The notes under the pieces were generated by a model. The model was not told the DNA's origin, did not search any database, and saw nothing but the letters and a program-made list of their open reading frames with translations. A DNA stretch of 64,000 nt from a virus (lineage: Duplodnaviria > Caudoviricetes): the IMG/VR virus record IMGVR_UViG_3300042542_005523; one strand, written 5' to 3'. The number at the start of each line of letters is the position of its first letter. Positions within the stretch are counted from its first letter, which is position 1. A program made the translations under genes and the position numbers. This document shows positions 10,501-20,787 of this stretch, one piece after another.

Positions 10501-12705
10501 TTAAGCACCACACCATATCCGACTCAAACTGATCCACTGGGTGTTACTGGGAATGGTACGACAGGGGCTACACCTCTGGAGTGGTATGTAAACCCGCAAG
10601 AGGTTACTACTGTGTATTATTACTCCACTGTTAACCCCGCTTTTATAAATGGCACCATCTCAGTTTTACCTTCACCTGTTTCTGATTTTGGAAACATTTC
10701 AGATCCGCTTTATTATCTGCAAACTAGATCTGCCGCAGAGAATGCTACTATGGTTCAGGCCATCTCTAATTGGTATCAGCAAAAGGAGAACGGGAATCTA
10801 AAAAAGCTTGGTGATGGTATACAGGACCCGAATCCTCTAGTTGACCCAATAAGCGGACAACCGTATCAGAACCCTCTGGGCATGCCAGTTGTTCTTGAAT
10901 TGCTAACTGATACATGGCTTTGGAGTGAAATGAGCATGAGTTGGAGCTCCCTGACACTTCCCCTATTTAATGTGGGTGACTATGCATTGGTTAGGCAATA
11001 TCAGGATTTCGTTACATTTGGTTTAACCGGTGGATATTACGGAACTGTAACATCAATTAACTATGCAGCTGGCGAATATACCTTGCTGAAGGATGTAGGT
11101 GGATCTGTAACGGTAGGTGGTGAGCTTTTAGTTTCACCAATACAGGAATATCTGATGTTAACATGGGCTAATGTAGATTTCTCTAACATGTTTGAAATCG
11201 AGTGGATCATACAGAAGATACCAACAGAACCAGGTTTACCCTATTATTATGAATTTAGAGGGAATATCCTAAGTTATTATAAATTTTCACACTTTATTCC
11301 TTACACTGGAAAGTATAAGGTAATCTGTAATGTCTATGACGGATTTAATGCAAAAACAAATGTAATCAAGAATAACCTGATTGAGGTTGCTCCTTCTACG
11401 ATTGATATTGATGCATGGACGAGATATAGAGAAGTGGAGTATTATGACTGGGAGCAAGTATACAAGCCATGGGAGCTTTACCAGTCAATATGGGAATACC
11501 CCGCTGAGGGAATGACTTATCAAGAGCTGAATAAAGAAATGCCAGCTCAGATGCTTGCTTATGCAACTTATGGTAATAATGTCGAGGAGGGTCAGAGCTT
11601 ATATGTAGGAGCATATTCAGATCCTATAGGAGCAACCGGATATTTAGAACTATCACAATCGATATTAACTCCAACCTCCATAGCTTCTCCGGATTCGCCA
11701 TCTTATCCAGGAACATTCGGATTCGCTGAAATTACAACCTCTGCTGCTCATGGACTTTTGCTTGGAGACTATGTTTGGATATGTAACTCAGATACACCGG
11801 AGGTTAATGGAAACTGGCAGGTGCAGGAGATATTCAGTACTACAGTTTTTTCCATATCGCTTACTCTAGATACGTCTATGTCTGGTGTGGTTTATTCATC
11901 GAGCGAGAACTCGGTTACTTTAAATGGCAACGAAACAATTGCTACGCCTGGATCGATTAAAGTCTATATTGACAATAGACTAATTGGTGAAACAACAAAT
12001 GGCGATAATCTTTATAAGACTACAAACAGCTTAGTTGCCTCTGTAAATCAGCTGGTTACGTATCCGGATTACTATGCTTCGTCTCCAGATCCAATTGGTG
12101 CTACAAATATAGTTACGATACAGGCTCCTGATATAACGGGTGCTCAGTTTAACGGGTCCGTTTTAACAACGGTTGTTACTGGATCTATATCTGTTCCTAG
12201 TTCTTCTGCATCACTCAGCGGAGGAACCGGATCTTATTATGGTTATACATATTGGAATGAAACTTCTGAGACGTACCCTAATGCTAATCTAAAATATTGG
12301 GGTGTTAAAAATCTAGATTGGCAGATATTCGAGGAGAGTCAATGGGTTGATGCCTATGCACACTCTTGGGAAGATTTCGCCTATAATGGTGAATGGCTAG
12401 GTGGATTCGAGATACACACCGCAACCGATGGCGATCACCTAAAGTTAAGCACTGCAACTGAGCTTTATCCGGCTCCCGTTGGTGTAACATTTACAGCTTC
12501 TTCACCTAGCACATTAACACTTCAGGAAGTTGCTGACCAGCTTAATAACTCTAGTGATGACTATATTACTGACTTCTACTATACAGTTATGCCTCCTGGG
12601 ATAGACTCGTCCACATTAGCTAACACATCGGATCTTGCTAACACATCAGAAAATATTTTTGCTGTGTCTGCATCAACCGGTACAACCCCACCGTACAGAA
12701 GTTGA
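7543..12705 (+). CDS. Large baseplate wedge protein (gp7-like) with an inserted YCF48/BNR beta-propeller and a cupredoxin-like module
   Basis: YNYIGAYKGLINALKFFGY..LRIKEYW is gp7/wedge-like. Repeats STDGGQSF, STDSGDNW, SSDSGASW, TGDFGQSW, TKNGGFSW lie at about 8080-9030. TLQVYAGKQYNF...TVYYYS at about 10410-10665. Confidence 0.6.
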   Translation: MADSKLKFFNKSGNPLNFAYVGPTGPTPLDFKLLYVSSSTSNSRGQLDVSNLDNTSTLVFNIQDTNGFNITGWANELSYFLDRGAEVDITLDILPENQFRGRVSSVTVGGSSITVVFSQVNGLVIISTGKNIKVTTNYAYRPGGYFTGNIYFDQVSAGLYENQQIFVVEEGYGLSTEAETWSSVSSGSSLNSYIRSVFTGSETVLVAGRAGGSGLFRYSTDGGQSFTPISISSQIVYGLGWNGLSGSSSVFLLSTLSSANRIFRGTGSSVSPTVSAASSMPAIPGGQKNDMRGVAFTNQSGGGVAISVGRLYSNLDPTGGGTSLASVIWRSTDSGDNWTDISPASTSGLWDVVFQSGNGFIVGEDSILLFSSDSGASWTATTSPASSDFRRGFLLPNGKGFAVGTGGVLITTGDFGQSWSALDTGVSVDLFDVYFWDSMNGFIVGDGGIILRTKNGGFSWLQQASPISSDLLTVYADPSSSNYGFAGGSSETVISANIDIELQYLYPRAGSTGAAGPSLWRTRWESDNYGDVDVSEVIFTYKIVEGVGGTGGEQYPLIVSYPNIAIPVDYSVDDYYSNGYLISGSSGPAHSEALPINVALNATDLYADVYQRKLIVEDLSSGTPEKVLVVDFYGEVVGEDERFNVMLQNLGRTFYAQDANILRDSDPKEPLPNFLEINEKRKELLFAGDQIYNYIGAYKGLINALKFFGYQDLRIKEYWLNLAYNSVEKASPLLQNNAFLAQYQYQNGGAYSQSVLISDVLDNANKGKYRLEQTYGPGPDGTYVLDVSSESTLVPSRTYKKTSLFGLYYDLNKQTTDVDVYGYPVVVDSFTFTQEEVLIKLFALKERLKATYLPLNARIVDICGEGIYFTVYNTKAWTDSMVRSDIQSGFYLDIVANPDFGFIEDLRAFSTRPYSTSLQTPENYGDLVSVNVELYGATGSSGGALYFEGIPATGGNQTLQVYAGKQYNFNLTANIQSVQVGDYDFYLSTTPYPTQTDPLGVTGNGTTGATPLEWYVNPQEVTTVYYYSTVNPAFINGTISVLPSPVSDFGNISDPLYYLQTRSAAENATMVQAISNWYQQKENGNLKKLGDGIQDPNPLVDPISGQPYQNPLGMPVVLELLTDTWLWSEMSMSWSSLTLPLFNVGDYALVRQYQDFVTFGLTGGYYGTVTSINYAAGEYTLLKDVGGSVTVGGELLVSPIQEYLMLTWANVDFSNMFEIEWIIQKIPTEPGLPYYYEFRGNILSYYKFSHFIPYTGKYKVICNVYDGFNAKTNVIKNNLIEVAPSTIDIDAWTRYREVEYYDWEQVYKPWELYQSIWEYPAEGMTYQELNKEMPAQMLAYATYGNNVEEGQSLYVGAYSDPIGATGYLELSQSILTPTSIASPDSPSYPGTFGFAEITTSAAHGLLLGDYVWICNSDTPEVNGNWQVQEIFSTTVFSISLTLDTSMSGVVYSSSENSVTLNGNETIATPGSIKVYIDNRLIGETTNGDNLYKTTNSLVASVNQLVTYPDYYASSPDPIGATNIVTIQAPDITGAQFNGSVLTTVVTGSISVPSSSASLSGGTGSYYGYTYWNETSETYPNANLKYWGVKNLDWQIFEESQWVDAYAHSWEDFAYNGEWLGGFEIHTATDGDHLKLSTATELYPAPVGVTFTASSPSTLTLQEVADQLNNSSDDYITDFYYTVMPPGIDSSTLANTSDLANTSENIFAVSASTGTTPPYRS

Positions 12706-12723
12706 TCCCTTATTTTTTAATGC

Positions 12724-12731
12724 AATATATA
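12724..12731 (+). promoter_or_regulatory. Late promoter-like box AATATATA (variant)
   Basis: Ends 5 nt before ATG 12737. Confidence 0.45.
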
Positions 12732-12736
12732 ATTGA

Positions 12737-15700
12737 ATGCCATACTCAGGATTATACACACTAGGATTCGATATAGATTCGAACGATAAAATTTGGGCGG
12801 TAGGTCAAGATCTAAGAATGTTCAATGGAGCAACTTGGACCTACTATAATTACCAAAATTCAGCAGTGCCTTCGGTGGCACCTTACTATCTGGACACAAG
12901 GACGGTATCGATTTCTCCAGATGGGACTAAATGGGTTGGCTGTGCGGAGATAGCATCTCTAGACGACCCCGCTATTTTCTATATAGCACCGGATGATGTT
13001 AATACTGGAAAGTCCTGGTCATTCAATGACATAGATACTTTTAATTCCCCGATGGAGGTTTCTAAAATATATGCTTGTCCATATGGCAATGATGTTTTAG
13101 CTTTCTTAACATTAGGCGGAACCGGATCTGCTGGCTTAACAGGTGGATTTCTCTATAGATATGACATACCAAATGACTCTTGGAAAAGAGTTGCAGACGG
13201 GTACATCTGGCCTCATATTTATGACATTAAAGCTAGAGGGTTTGGAGGGGACGACTATAGATATTATCTAGGCACAAGCCAGGGTATAATAGAAATTCCA
13301 GGTGAAGAACTTGGTGTTTCTTACTTAGAAGGTAATATACCATATATTCCTTCTGCTAACTTTTATAATTCTTCGAATTTTTCAAACCTAAGCGATAACA
13401 TATACTCACTTGGATTAGATGAGAACTTCAACCTATGGTCAGGTTCTGACTCCGGAAAACTACAATTCTGGGATTTCCAAACCTGGCAGACCTTTGATAC
13501 ACCAGGTGCTACTGCTAGTGTTACTAGTTTAGCGATAAGAGACAACGGTCACGTATTCTGGGGTAATTATGATATTGGTCCTGGACTATATCACTTTAAT
13601 GGGGTTACCGGCTCTCTAATTGGTCTTAGCGGAAGTAATCAGATACTTTCACTGGGCATACAAAATAGAAACAGAAACCAGGACGGTGTTTTGACTTACG
13701 AAAACGATCTTTGGATACTAGCTCAAAATCAGCTAGATAGACTTTCATATGAGGTTCCTTATGTGAAAGCTTCTAGTTTACAGCAGGGTGCAACAGGATG
13801 GAATTTCACTTACTACACGCAGGCAACTGGAAGTACTAGACCTTTTGCTAACTCCATACCTGGTGTTAATAAGTACACCTGGGAATACCCTTACTGGCAG
13901 ACATATCAAACGGATTATCTTCAGTACAAGTTCCCTGGTCTAGATCCAAGAAATCTTTTTCTAACAACGGAGCTTTCCGCTATAGCTTCAGGAGAAGCTG
14001 GCAAGCAGCCTTATTGGAATAATCCACCAATACCCTCTGTGGAGGATATGGATTTAGTAGATAGCGTGCAAGAAGCTAAATGGGCACAGATAGTTTCAAA
14101 TCTATTAGTTGCAAATGTCACTGATTTCTTTATTTATACCAATTGTATAATTGATACAGAAGCTTATAAGAGATATGTTATAGGTGGGACTATAAAAGGC
14201 AGATACGAGCCTTTCTCTAATGGGGTGGAGGTCTCTCCAGCATCCAGTGGTATTCTTTTGGGGAAAGATATAAACGGTGACGATGCTTATCTTTTTGCCA
14301 GCAATCCTTCCTTAGCGGGGTCACTCAATATACGGGGAGGTCAGACTTATAATGCATCGGCTCCTCCTGCTTCTTCAACGGAATCGTATACCGGATTCAT
14401 AGCTAGTTATGACGAGGATGGAAGAGTAATTGATTCGATGGTGATCCCGGGTAAAAGCACAAAGGTTCTAAGAATAATACCATCAGAGGACGGAAATTCG
14501 ATATACGTTGGTGGGTCATTCAATGGACTAATAGAGGTCGGAGACTATATCTGGTCTTCGGTAGCCCCTACCGTAGGTCCTACTGGTGCACCTATCGGGT
14601 TAACCAATTCCGATGTTCCAGGACTTGATACCGATTATAGCTGGATTTATACACCAGGTGGAACAGGTGCATATTCTCCTAATGTGGGAATACAGTGGAC
14701 TTACAGAAATCCATCCAGTACAAGTACATCAAATTCCAATTTTAGATTATACGGGGAGGATGGTGTAACACAGGTTTCTGGCGATCTATCAAGTTCAACT
14801 GCAATCAAGTACATTTCCCTTGGGTCTTCTCCGGCATCAGGATCTTTTTCACTGTCAAGCTCTAATTTGTACACAGGAATGGTAGTACAAATAGGAGGTG
14901 CTTATTATAGGATTGATACAATAACATTTAATCTACCGGATAGTAATTTTAGTTCTATTGTTCGTTGTATAGGTGTTACGTGGGTATCCGGGACACAAAG
15001 TTTAACATCAGGAAGTAATTATAATTTTGATTTCTGGTACTGGAATCAGCTATCATTCCCGTTGATTAGAAATGGCGCTACTAGTACAAGCTCAATAGAG
15101 GCAGGATCTGGTATTTTTATAATGGAATTAACTAACAATATTGGAAACACGACTTCTCTAAGGGACGTTAACTCCGAGACCGATTGGAAATACCAGGTTA
15201 AGAACTTTAGACACTTCCCTTCTGATGTTAATGCGGTAAACCCGAATACTGTTGAACAGCTGATGATGGATTCATCCCTGGATAAATTGGCTTTCTCTTT
15301 CCAGACTGATTATACTACACCCACTTACAAAATATCAACACTAAAGAATGCATGGAATAGAACTACTGATAATATTTACGTACCCGACCAATTAGGGAAC
15401 ACCGGTACTTCATCAGATGTTAATGGCGTCATTATTATGAATTCATTAGATTTCAGCTTAAGAGCAGCGGCACAGATTAATAATGACGGAATGGATAGCG
15501 TAACTGCTGTTTCTGTAGCTTCGCTATCCGGAACGGAGACCTTAGCGGTCAATGGCTCTACTAATGTTAGCATCAATATAACCGGGGTTACACTTACCAA
15601 TCCTACTGTTTATAGCGGCTATAAACCTTTCTATTTTATCATGGATTATTCAGACCCCGGTAACATAGGTATCACTGGAAGTTTCTTTAGCTCTTTTGGT

Positions 15701-16837
15701 ACTAGTACTGCGAGGCCATTTGAAAGTAATGCTGGATACCTGAGTAAGTATAATGGTTATTATACGGTGACTAATCAGCACTATGGAGCTACATCTGGTA
15801 CATATCTCGGTAAAGATATAGAACTTGGCCTACCCAGTCAGTATTTAGTAACCGGTTTTGTAAACCCATCAAATTCCACGGAGAAAGTAGTATTTGGTCC
15901 TTTGCCTAATATACAAATAATCACACAAACCACATCGGGATATCCAATATCAACAGATCTTGATATTTGGAATTCTAGACCTATTGCTACAGAAACTGGT
16001 AATCTGGTTGGTATTTTCGCAGGTGCAACATCCGATTCATACTCGACTAGTTTACAGAATATTTACGTCTTCAAGCAGGATTTAAATACTGGAATAGTGA
16101 GCACATTAAGTTTAGAAAATGTTAAAACAATAGGTGGTAATATATTCTCTTCTGATTCAATAGGGAACATATTCTTTACTGGTCAGAATGCTTCCACCTA
16201 TGGCGGATCAACAGGACCTGCTTGGTTGGATTATGTTACGACTAATAGTAACGCTAATGTGTATTCTTTCCTTTCTGAGCAATACATTCCTCAACTTGGT
16301 GTCAATATGGGACAGATTATATCTAGACCAGGGTCGAACCCGTGGACGTGGTGTGACGTACACCAATCTGATAAGGGACTGACACTTCCGCAGCTTTGCA
16401 CTGTTTTCTTCTCCAATTATAATTCTGCTATCTACGGAAAGCAAAATAACGTATGGATACTAAGCGATGCGAAAACCGGCACAGAGATATTGAATGTTAA
16501 GAACACTCCTTATTTTATTTACACATTCGCTCAGGAGGGCTATTACTCCATTTACAATTCAGTGGAGGATGCATTCGGAAATGTATATGAAGTATCTAAT
16601 CCTGCTTTTGTTACCGTAGTGAATTACACAGATAAAAACCCTAATGATAAAAATCCTTTCGCTGTTAATTCATCAGATTACGGATGGCCAATACCACCAA
16701 AAAACACTGATCAGAAGCTACAAGCTTTAGAGAAAACAATGGCTCAGGATCAAATTGAAAATGCTAAAAATAATAAATTACCTTTCGTTTCGAACCTAGT
16801 TATTAAGGATAATCCTGACGCCACTTTTAATCAGTAA
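12737..16837 (+). CDS. Large beta-propeller-rich virion structural protein
   Basis: Propeller-type repeats (FDIDSNDKIW, ISPDGTKWVG, LGLDENFNLW, IRDNGHVFWG); PKD-like C-terminus (YTFAQEGYYSIYNSVEDAFGN). Confidence 0.6.
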   Translation: MPYSGLYTLGFDIDSNDKIWAVGQDLRMFNGATWTYYNYQNSAVPSVAPYYLDTRTVSISPDGTKWVGCAEIASLDDPAIFYIAPDDVNTGKSWSFNDIDTFNSPMEVSKIYACPYGNDVLAFLTLGGTGSAGLTGGFLYRYDIPNDSWKRVADGYIWPHIYDIKARGFGGDDYRYYLGTSQGIIEIPGEELGVSYLEGNIPYIPSANFYNSSNFSNLSDNIYSLGLDENFNLWSGSDSGKLQFWDFQTWQTFDTPGATASVTSLAIRDNGHVFWGNYDIGPGLYHFNGVTGSLIGLSGSNQILSLGIQNRNRNQDGVLTYENDLWILAQNQLDRLSYEVPYVKASSLQQGATGWNFTYYTQATGSTRPFANSIPGVNKYTWEYPYWQTYQTDYLQYKFPGLDPRNLFLTTELSAIASGEAGKQPYWNNPPIPSVEDMDLVDSVQEAKWAQIVSNLLVANVTDFFIYTNCIIDTEAYKRYVIGGTIKGRYEPFSNGVEVSPASSGILLGKDINGDDAYLFASNPSLAGSLNIRGGQTYNASAPPASSTESYTGFIASYDEDGRVIDSMVIPGKSTKVLRIIPSEDGNSIYVGGSFNGLIEVGDYIWSSVAPTVGPTGAPIGLTNSDVPGLDTDYSWIYTPGGTGAYSPNVGIQWTYRNPSSTSTSNSNFRLYGEDGVTQVSGDLSSSTAIKYISLGSSPASGSFSLSSSNLYTGMVVQIGGAYYRIDTITFNLPDSNFSSIVRCIGVTWVSGTQSLTSGSNYNFDFWYWNQLSFPLIRNGATSTSSIEAGSGIFIMELTNNIGNTTSLRDVNSETDWKYQVKNFRHFPSDVNAVNPNTVEQLMMDSSLDKLAFSFQTDYTTPTYKISTLKNAWNRTTDNIYVPDQLGNTGTSSDVNGVIIMNSLDFSLRAAAQINNDGMDSVTAVSVASLSGTETLAVNGSTNVSINITGVTLTNPTVYSGYKPFYFIMDYSDPGNIGITGSFFSSFGTSTARPFESNAGYLSKYNGYYTVTNQHYGATSGTYLGKDIELGLPSQYLVTGFVNPSNSTEKVVFGPLPNIQIITQTTSGYPISTDLDIWNSRPIATETGNLVGIFAGATSDSYSTSLQNIYVFKQDLNTGIVSTLSLENVKTIGGNIFSSDSIGNIFFTGQNASTYGGSTGPAWLDYVTTNSNANVYSFLSEQYIPQLGVNMGQIISRPGSNPWTWCDVHQSDKGLTLPQLCTVFFSNYNSAIYGKQNNVWILSDAKTGTEILNVKNTPYFIYTFAQEGYYSIYNSVEDAFGNVYEVSNPAFVTVVNYTDKNPNDKNPFAVNSSDYGWPIPPKNTDQKLQALEKTMAQDQIENAKNNKLPFVSNLVIKDNPDATFNQ

Positions 16838-16890
16838 AAATAAGTGGATAAATCGAATCCTTTTTGTTTATAAGTAATATAATATCTAAT

Positions 16891-17571
16891 ATGGAAAAAC
16901 TATCAAAAATCCCAAATTCGGAAAAAAGAAAACCTAAAAATCCGATAAGATTTAAAATTGAATTAAACGAGGAACAAAAAATAGCAAAATCACTGATTTA
17001 CGATAATCCTGTTGTCTTGATAAAAGGTCAAGCAGGATCTGGTAAGACTTTAGTTGCTTGCCAGGTTGCTATGGACATGTTTTTCAAAAGGGAAATAGAA
17101 AAGATCATAATAACCAGACCGACTGTAGCAAAAGAGGATATAGGTTTTTTGCCCGGAGATCTTAAGGAAAAAATGGATCCGTGGTTGGCTCCCATCTATT
17201 CAAATCTCCATCTTTTATACGATAGAGAGAAAGTTGATAAGATGCTAGCTGAGAATCAAATAGAGATAGTGCCTTTTGCCTTCATGAGAGGTAGAACATT
17301 CCCTAATTCCTTCGTTGTCGTTGACGAGTGTCAAAACATCACACACAGTCAAACCGAGATGATGCTAGGCCGCTTAGGTAAAGGTGGTAAAATGGTTTTC
17401 TGCGGGGACATAACACAATCGGATCTTAAGAATAAGAAAGAAAGCGGAATAAGCTTTTTTGCTAGATTAGAGGAGAATGTTAAGGGTGTTAAAGTGATCT
17501 CGCTTAAAACTAATCATAGACACGAAATAGTGGAACCGATCCTTAGAGTTTACGGTGACTTTAGAGATTAG
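16891..17571 (+). CDS. phoH: PhoH-like ATPase
   Basis: GQAGSGKT Walker A, ITRPTV, IGFLPGDLKEKMDPW, MRGRTF, VDECQN, GDITQSD, NHRH. ATG 16891 is preferred over the track's TTG. Confidence 0.95.
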   Translation: MEKLSKIPNSEKRKPKNPIRFKIELNEEQKIAKSLIYDNPVVLIKGQAGSGKTLVACQVAMDMFFKREIEKIIITRPTVAKEDIGFLPGDLKEKMDPWLAPIYSNLHLLYDREKVDKMLAENQIEIVPFAFMRGRTFPNSFVVVDECQNITHSQTEMMLGRLGKGGKMVFCGDITQSDLKNKKESGISFFARLEENVKGVKVISLKTNHRHEIVEPILRVYGDFRD

Positions 17572-17595
17572 TGTTTATTGATATAATTTCTCTTC

Positions 17596-17603
17596 GATAT
17601 ATA
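17596..17603 (+). promoter_or_regulatory. Putative phage late promoter box GATATATA
   Basis: Exact motif 32 nt upstream of ATG 17636. Confidence 0.6.
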
Positions 17604-17635
17604 ACTCTGAAAAAAGGATAAAAAAATAATAAAAA

Positions 17636-18559
17636 ATGGCATCTGTAAGTATTACTGAAATTTTAGGTTCTGATTCGATATCGGGATCTAGAATTACCAT
17701 AAATTCCAACTTTCTAATTCTTCAGAATTGGGTAAATGGATTTGAAAATGTATTTGGAATAGACACCTCTACTGGTGTAATGGATCTAACTGGAGCTTCA
17801 ACGGGTAGGGTTTCTGCTTTGACTATTAGAGCAAACACTTTCTCCACCCCTGCGTCAGGCACTGCACTAGCAGCAATAGCAAGTAACGGTGCTGCTTCTT
17901 TTGTTTCGACGTCAACACAGACACTAGCAGTATCTGGAGCATCCACATTTAGTGGGGCATTGGGTATAGCTGGTAATCTAACTCAAGCAGCTGGTGTAAC
18001 AGCTAGCTTTGCTGGTAACGTTGGTTATACTGGAAGATCGACTTACGGGGCTTATTCTAACGAGGTCCATGCAAACAACTGGAGCACTAATGGATCATTA
18101 GCTGGTGGAGCACCTGGATTAACTTCTGCATTTCCTGTTAGTACAACTGGTGTAGGCGGCGGTGGTATATCTACTAATGTTAACAATCCTTACATCTTCA
18201 CTGGAACTGAAGATGTTATCTATGCAAACTGCGGTCCAACCGGATTTTACATGCAGGTTGTTGGGGGAAGCGGAGGCACAGCATCTAACTTGCCTTCTGG
18301 ATACAGAGTTACTATCGTTAACACTGCAAGAGCAACCACACCTTTTATTGCAACTGGAGTTACTGGTGTAACACAAACTTACTATACTGGGTTTAATACT
18401 ACCAGCACATATGGCTCGTATACTGGTATCACTTTCGCAGCTAATACTCCATACAGAAGTTCTGTTACACTACAATGGGAATCTAGAATTGCAGGTGACC
18501 AAACAGAACAAAAAGGTTCATGGGTTATTCTAGGTGGACAGAACGTTACAGCTGGATAA
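17636..18559 (+). CDS. Virion fibre-like structural protein
   Basis: G/S/T/A-rich. N-terminal ILGSDSISGSRITINSNF resembles the N-termini of the fibres at 29952, 31702 and 33393. Confidence 0.55.
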   Translation: MASVSITEILGSDSISGSRITINSNFLILQNWVNGFENVFGIDTSTGVMDLTGASTGRVSALTIRANTFSTPASGTALAAIASNGAASFVSTSTQTLAVSGASTFSGALGIAGNLTQAAGVTASFAGNVGYTGRSTYGAYSNEVHANNWSTNGSLAGGAPGLTSAFPVSTTGVGGGGISTNVNNPYIFTGTEDVIYANCGPTGFYMQVVGGSGGTASNLPSGYRVTIVNTARATTPFIATGVTGVTQTYYTGFNTTSTYGSYTGITFAANTPYRSSVTLQWESRIAGDQTEQKGSWVILGGQNVTAG

Positions 18560-18580
18560 AAAAACAAAGGATAGAAGAAG

Positions 18581-20782
18581 ATGGCAAAAACCCCTTTTAT
18601 TAGGCCCCTGCAAGTTCAGGGTGGAACTTTTTATACATTTAGTTCAGCGGCAGAGGACCTTGCTTTTACATTTAATAATTCGGTCAATAAATTCAGGTTT
18701 TCCAAATTTGCACTATTGAATATTCCTGATATTAGCACCACTGCTTCTCAGGATAATACGGTTAAATTAAACGCTCCGGATAGCGCATTTATAGATTGGA
18801 GTACTGGTACATATAATCTCGTGCCTAGTGATGCTAATATTGCATTCTCTCAAAGCTTTCAATCGTACTGTTTAAATTTAGAAACGACTATAACCAGCAG
18901 CGATGAATACGACCCATCGTTAAAACAGAATGTCTCGGAGAGGGTTTTCTGGAAATGGATGAGAGAGATTGGAGCTTTGAGATTTAAAGCGGCGTCTTCT
19001 GAACAGGTGTCACCGTCTTTAGATCAAAATAGCGTTACGTTCGATTCTAATGGATTGCCAGTAACACAGAAGAGATACGTTGAGGGAGATGAGCCTACTG
19101 GGCAAACCGGAGGTTATGGATTAACAGGTCCTTATAGTAAAGTGGTTCAGTATATTGGTGGTCTTGATATTGTTAACTCTGTTAGGAATCAAGATAATGC
19201 TTATTCCGAGGTTTATGTATACGTGCCAACCTCTGACGGTAGCACTCCTACTGTTCTATTTAAGAACGTTGTTGATACCAATTACTACCCAGATTTTACT
19301 TGGACCAACAATCCTTCGGATCCTTTAGATGCCGAATATCTAACTGGAAGATCTTATTTGGATGTAAATCCTTCTGGATTGAGTACTTTAGCTATCTTTG
19401 ACGAGGAAGCTTCAGGCGTACCAACTGTTTCTTATAGTGATACTTTTGATGGATCAACTTACACAGGGAACTGGTATGCACCCCTAGATACACCAAACAG
19501 TTATTTTTCTGACGATTCTTTCGTTAATCCATATAATAAGATTCTAAGCAAAACTTATGGATCGATAACAAATTGGGAATTCGTTAGATCAAACCTTGAT
19601 TCAATAGGATTGGATTTCGATCCAAATTCATACAAACAAATTATCGATAATCCTAGCATTTCTACCATTGAGGAATTTAATTCCACCTCGGATGCTAACG
19701 ATTTTGATTTTAATGCTGTTCTGATTTATTATGATGTATACGATCCTGCTAATGAAGCTGACGTTGCGACTAACTTGTATGGTGTTCTTTTTCTAGACGA
19801 CGTTAATTCGGAATCTGGCGATTCTTTCATTCCTAGATTTAGTAAATATAGACCAAATCCAGTTACTAAACTAAACGGTAACTCTTACGGATTTAAGATC
19901 AATCTTAAATTCGATACCGATGTAGATCAGACAGGAGTAGAGCAGGCTATAAATGACTATTCGTCATTCTCGCTGTCTATGTTTATGGATGCTATGAATG
20001 TATTGCAAGATGCCTCTGGTACTATAAATGACACGGCTTCACAGTTTATCTTCTTAGAGCAGAGAGTTACTGCTATGGAGGATTTGCTTCTATCTAGCAC
20101 AACCACAGCTACACTTGAAGCTAGAATAGCACAACTTGAATCTTCCTATGCTGCTAACCAATCGTTATTCACGAACACGAACGCAGTTATGCAGCTCATA
20201 GATCAAAACTATGAGATTTTGAGGTCCATTATAAATGGGCAATCCTCTATAACAGTTTCATATGATCTTGATTTAGTAAAGCAAGGGATGGGTATTAATG
20301 TCGACAGAACGATACCAAATGAGCTTTATATAAATAACGCTAACCAGGATTTCAATATAGGATCAAATTATGGTGTTGGTACTCTGACACAAACTGGTTC
20401 TAATGTGATACCGTTAGTTGAGTTTTCCAACTACTTCAAGCACGTAAACAACGGAATACCAATAACTTTAACGCAGGATCTAAACATCAGACTACAGGAT
20501 ACTACCGTTAGATGGAAAACAGGGCAAAGATTCAGAATAACCTTTGGTGATAGAGTCTATCCCTCTGCATTCTTTGTTAATATCTTGACTAATGCAACAG
20601 GTGAATATCCAGTTTCAAATCCAAGCGGGACTCCTTATTCAACCCTAATTATTTCATTAGATTCCGATTTCTTCTCTGGGTACGATTATATGCCAGTTCT
20701 AGAAATCGTGTGCATCGATCAAAATAACTTGATATTCCAGGTTGATGCTATAGGAAAAAGTTTAACAAATAATAATATCTAA
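18581..20782 (+). CDS. Hypothetical virion structural protein (733 aa)
   Basis: Long, acidic, S/T/N-rich ORF with a short coiled coil (LEQRVTAME...LEARIAQLE) inside the structural operon. Confidence 0.55.
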   Translation: MAKTPFIRPLQVQGGTFYTFSSAAEDLAFTFNNSVNKFRFSKFALLNIPDISTTASQDNTVKLNAPDSAFIDWSTGTYNLVPSDANIAFSQSFQSYCLNLETTITSSDEYDPSLKQNVSERVFWKWMREIGALRFKAASSEQVSPSLDQNSVTFDSNGLPVTQKRYVEGDEPTGQTGGYGLTGPYSKVVQYIGGLDIVNSVRNQDNAYSEVYVYVPTSDGSTPTVLFKNVVDTNYYPDFTWTNNPSDPLDAEYLTGRSYLDVNPSGLSTLAIFDEEASGVPTVSYSDTFDGSTYTGNWYAPLDTPNSYFSDDSFVNPYNKILSKTYGSITNWEFVRSNLDSIGLDFDPNSYKQIIDNPSISTIEEFNSTSDANDFDFNAVLIYYDVYDPANEADVATNLYGVLFLDDVNSESGDSFIPRFSKYRPNPVTKLNGNSYGFKINLKFDTDVDQTGVEQAINDYSSFSLSMFMDAMNVLQDASGTINDTASQFIFLEQRVTAMEDLLLSSTTTATLEARIAQLESSYAANQSLFTNTNAVMQLIDQNYEILRSIINGQSSITVSYDLDLVKQGMGINVDRTIPNELYINNANQDFNIGSNYGVGTLTQTGSNVIPLVEFSNYFKHVNNGIPITLTQDLNIRLQDTTVRWKTGQRFRITFGDRVYPSAFFVNILTNATGEYPVSNPSGTPYSTLIISLDSDFFSGYDYMPVLEIVCIDQNNLIFQVDAIGKSLTNNNI

Positions 20783-20787
20783 TCAAA

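Noticed and set aside
16891-17571. PhoH inside the structural module
   Set aside because: PhoH is very common in large aquatic phages; nothing unusual in its sequence.
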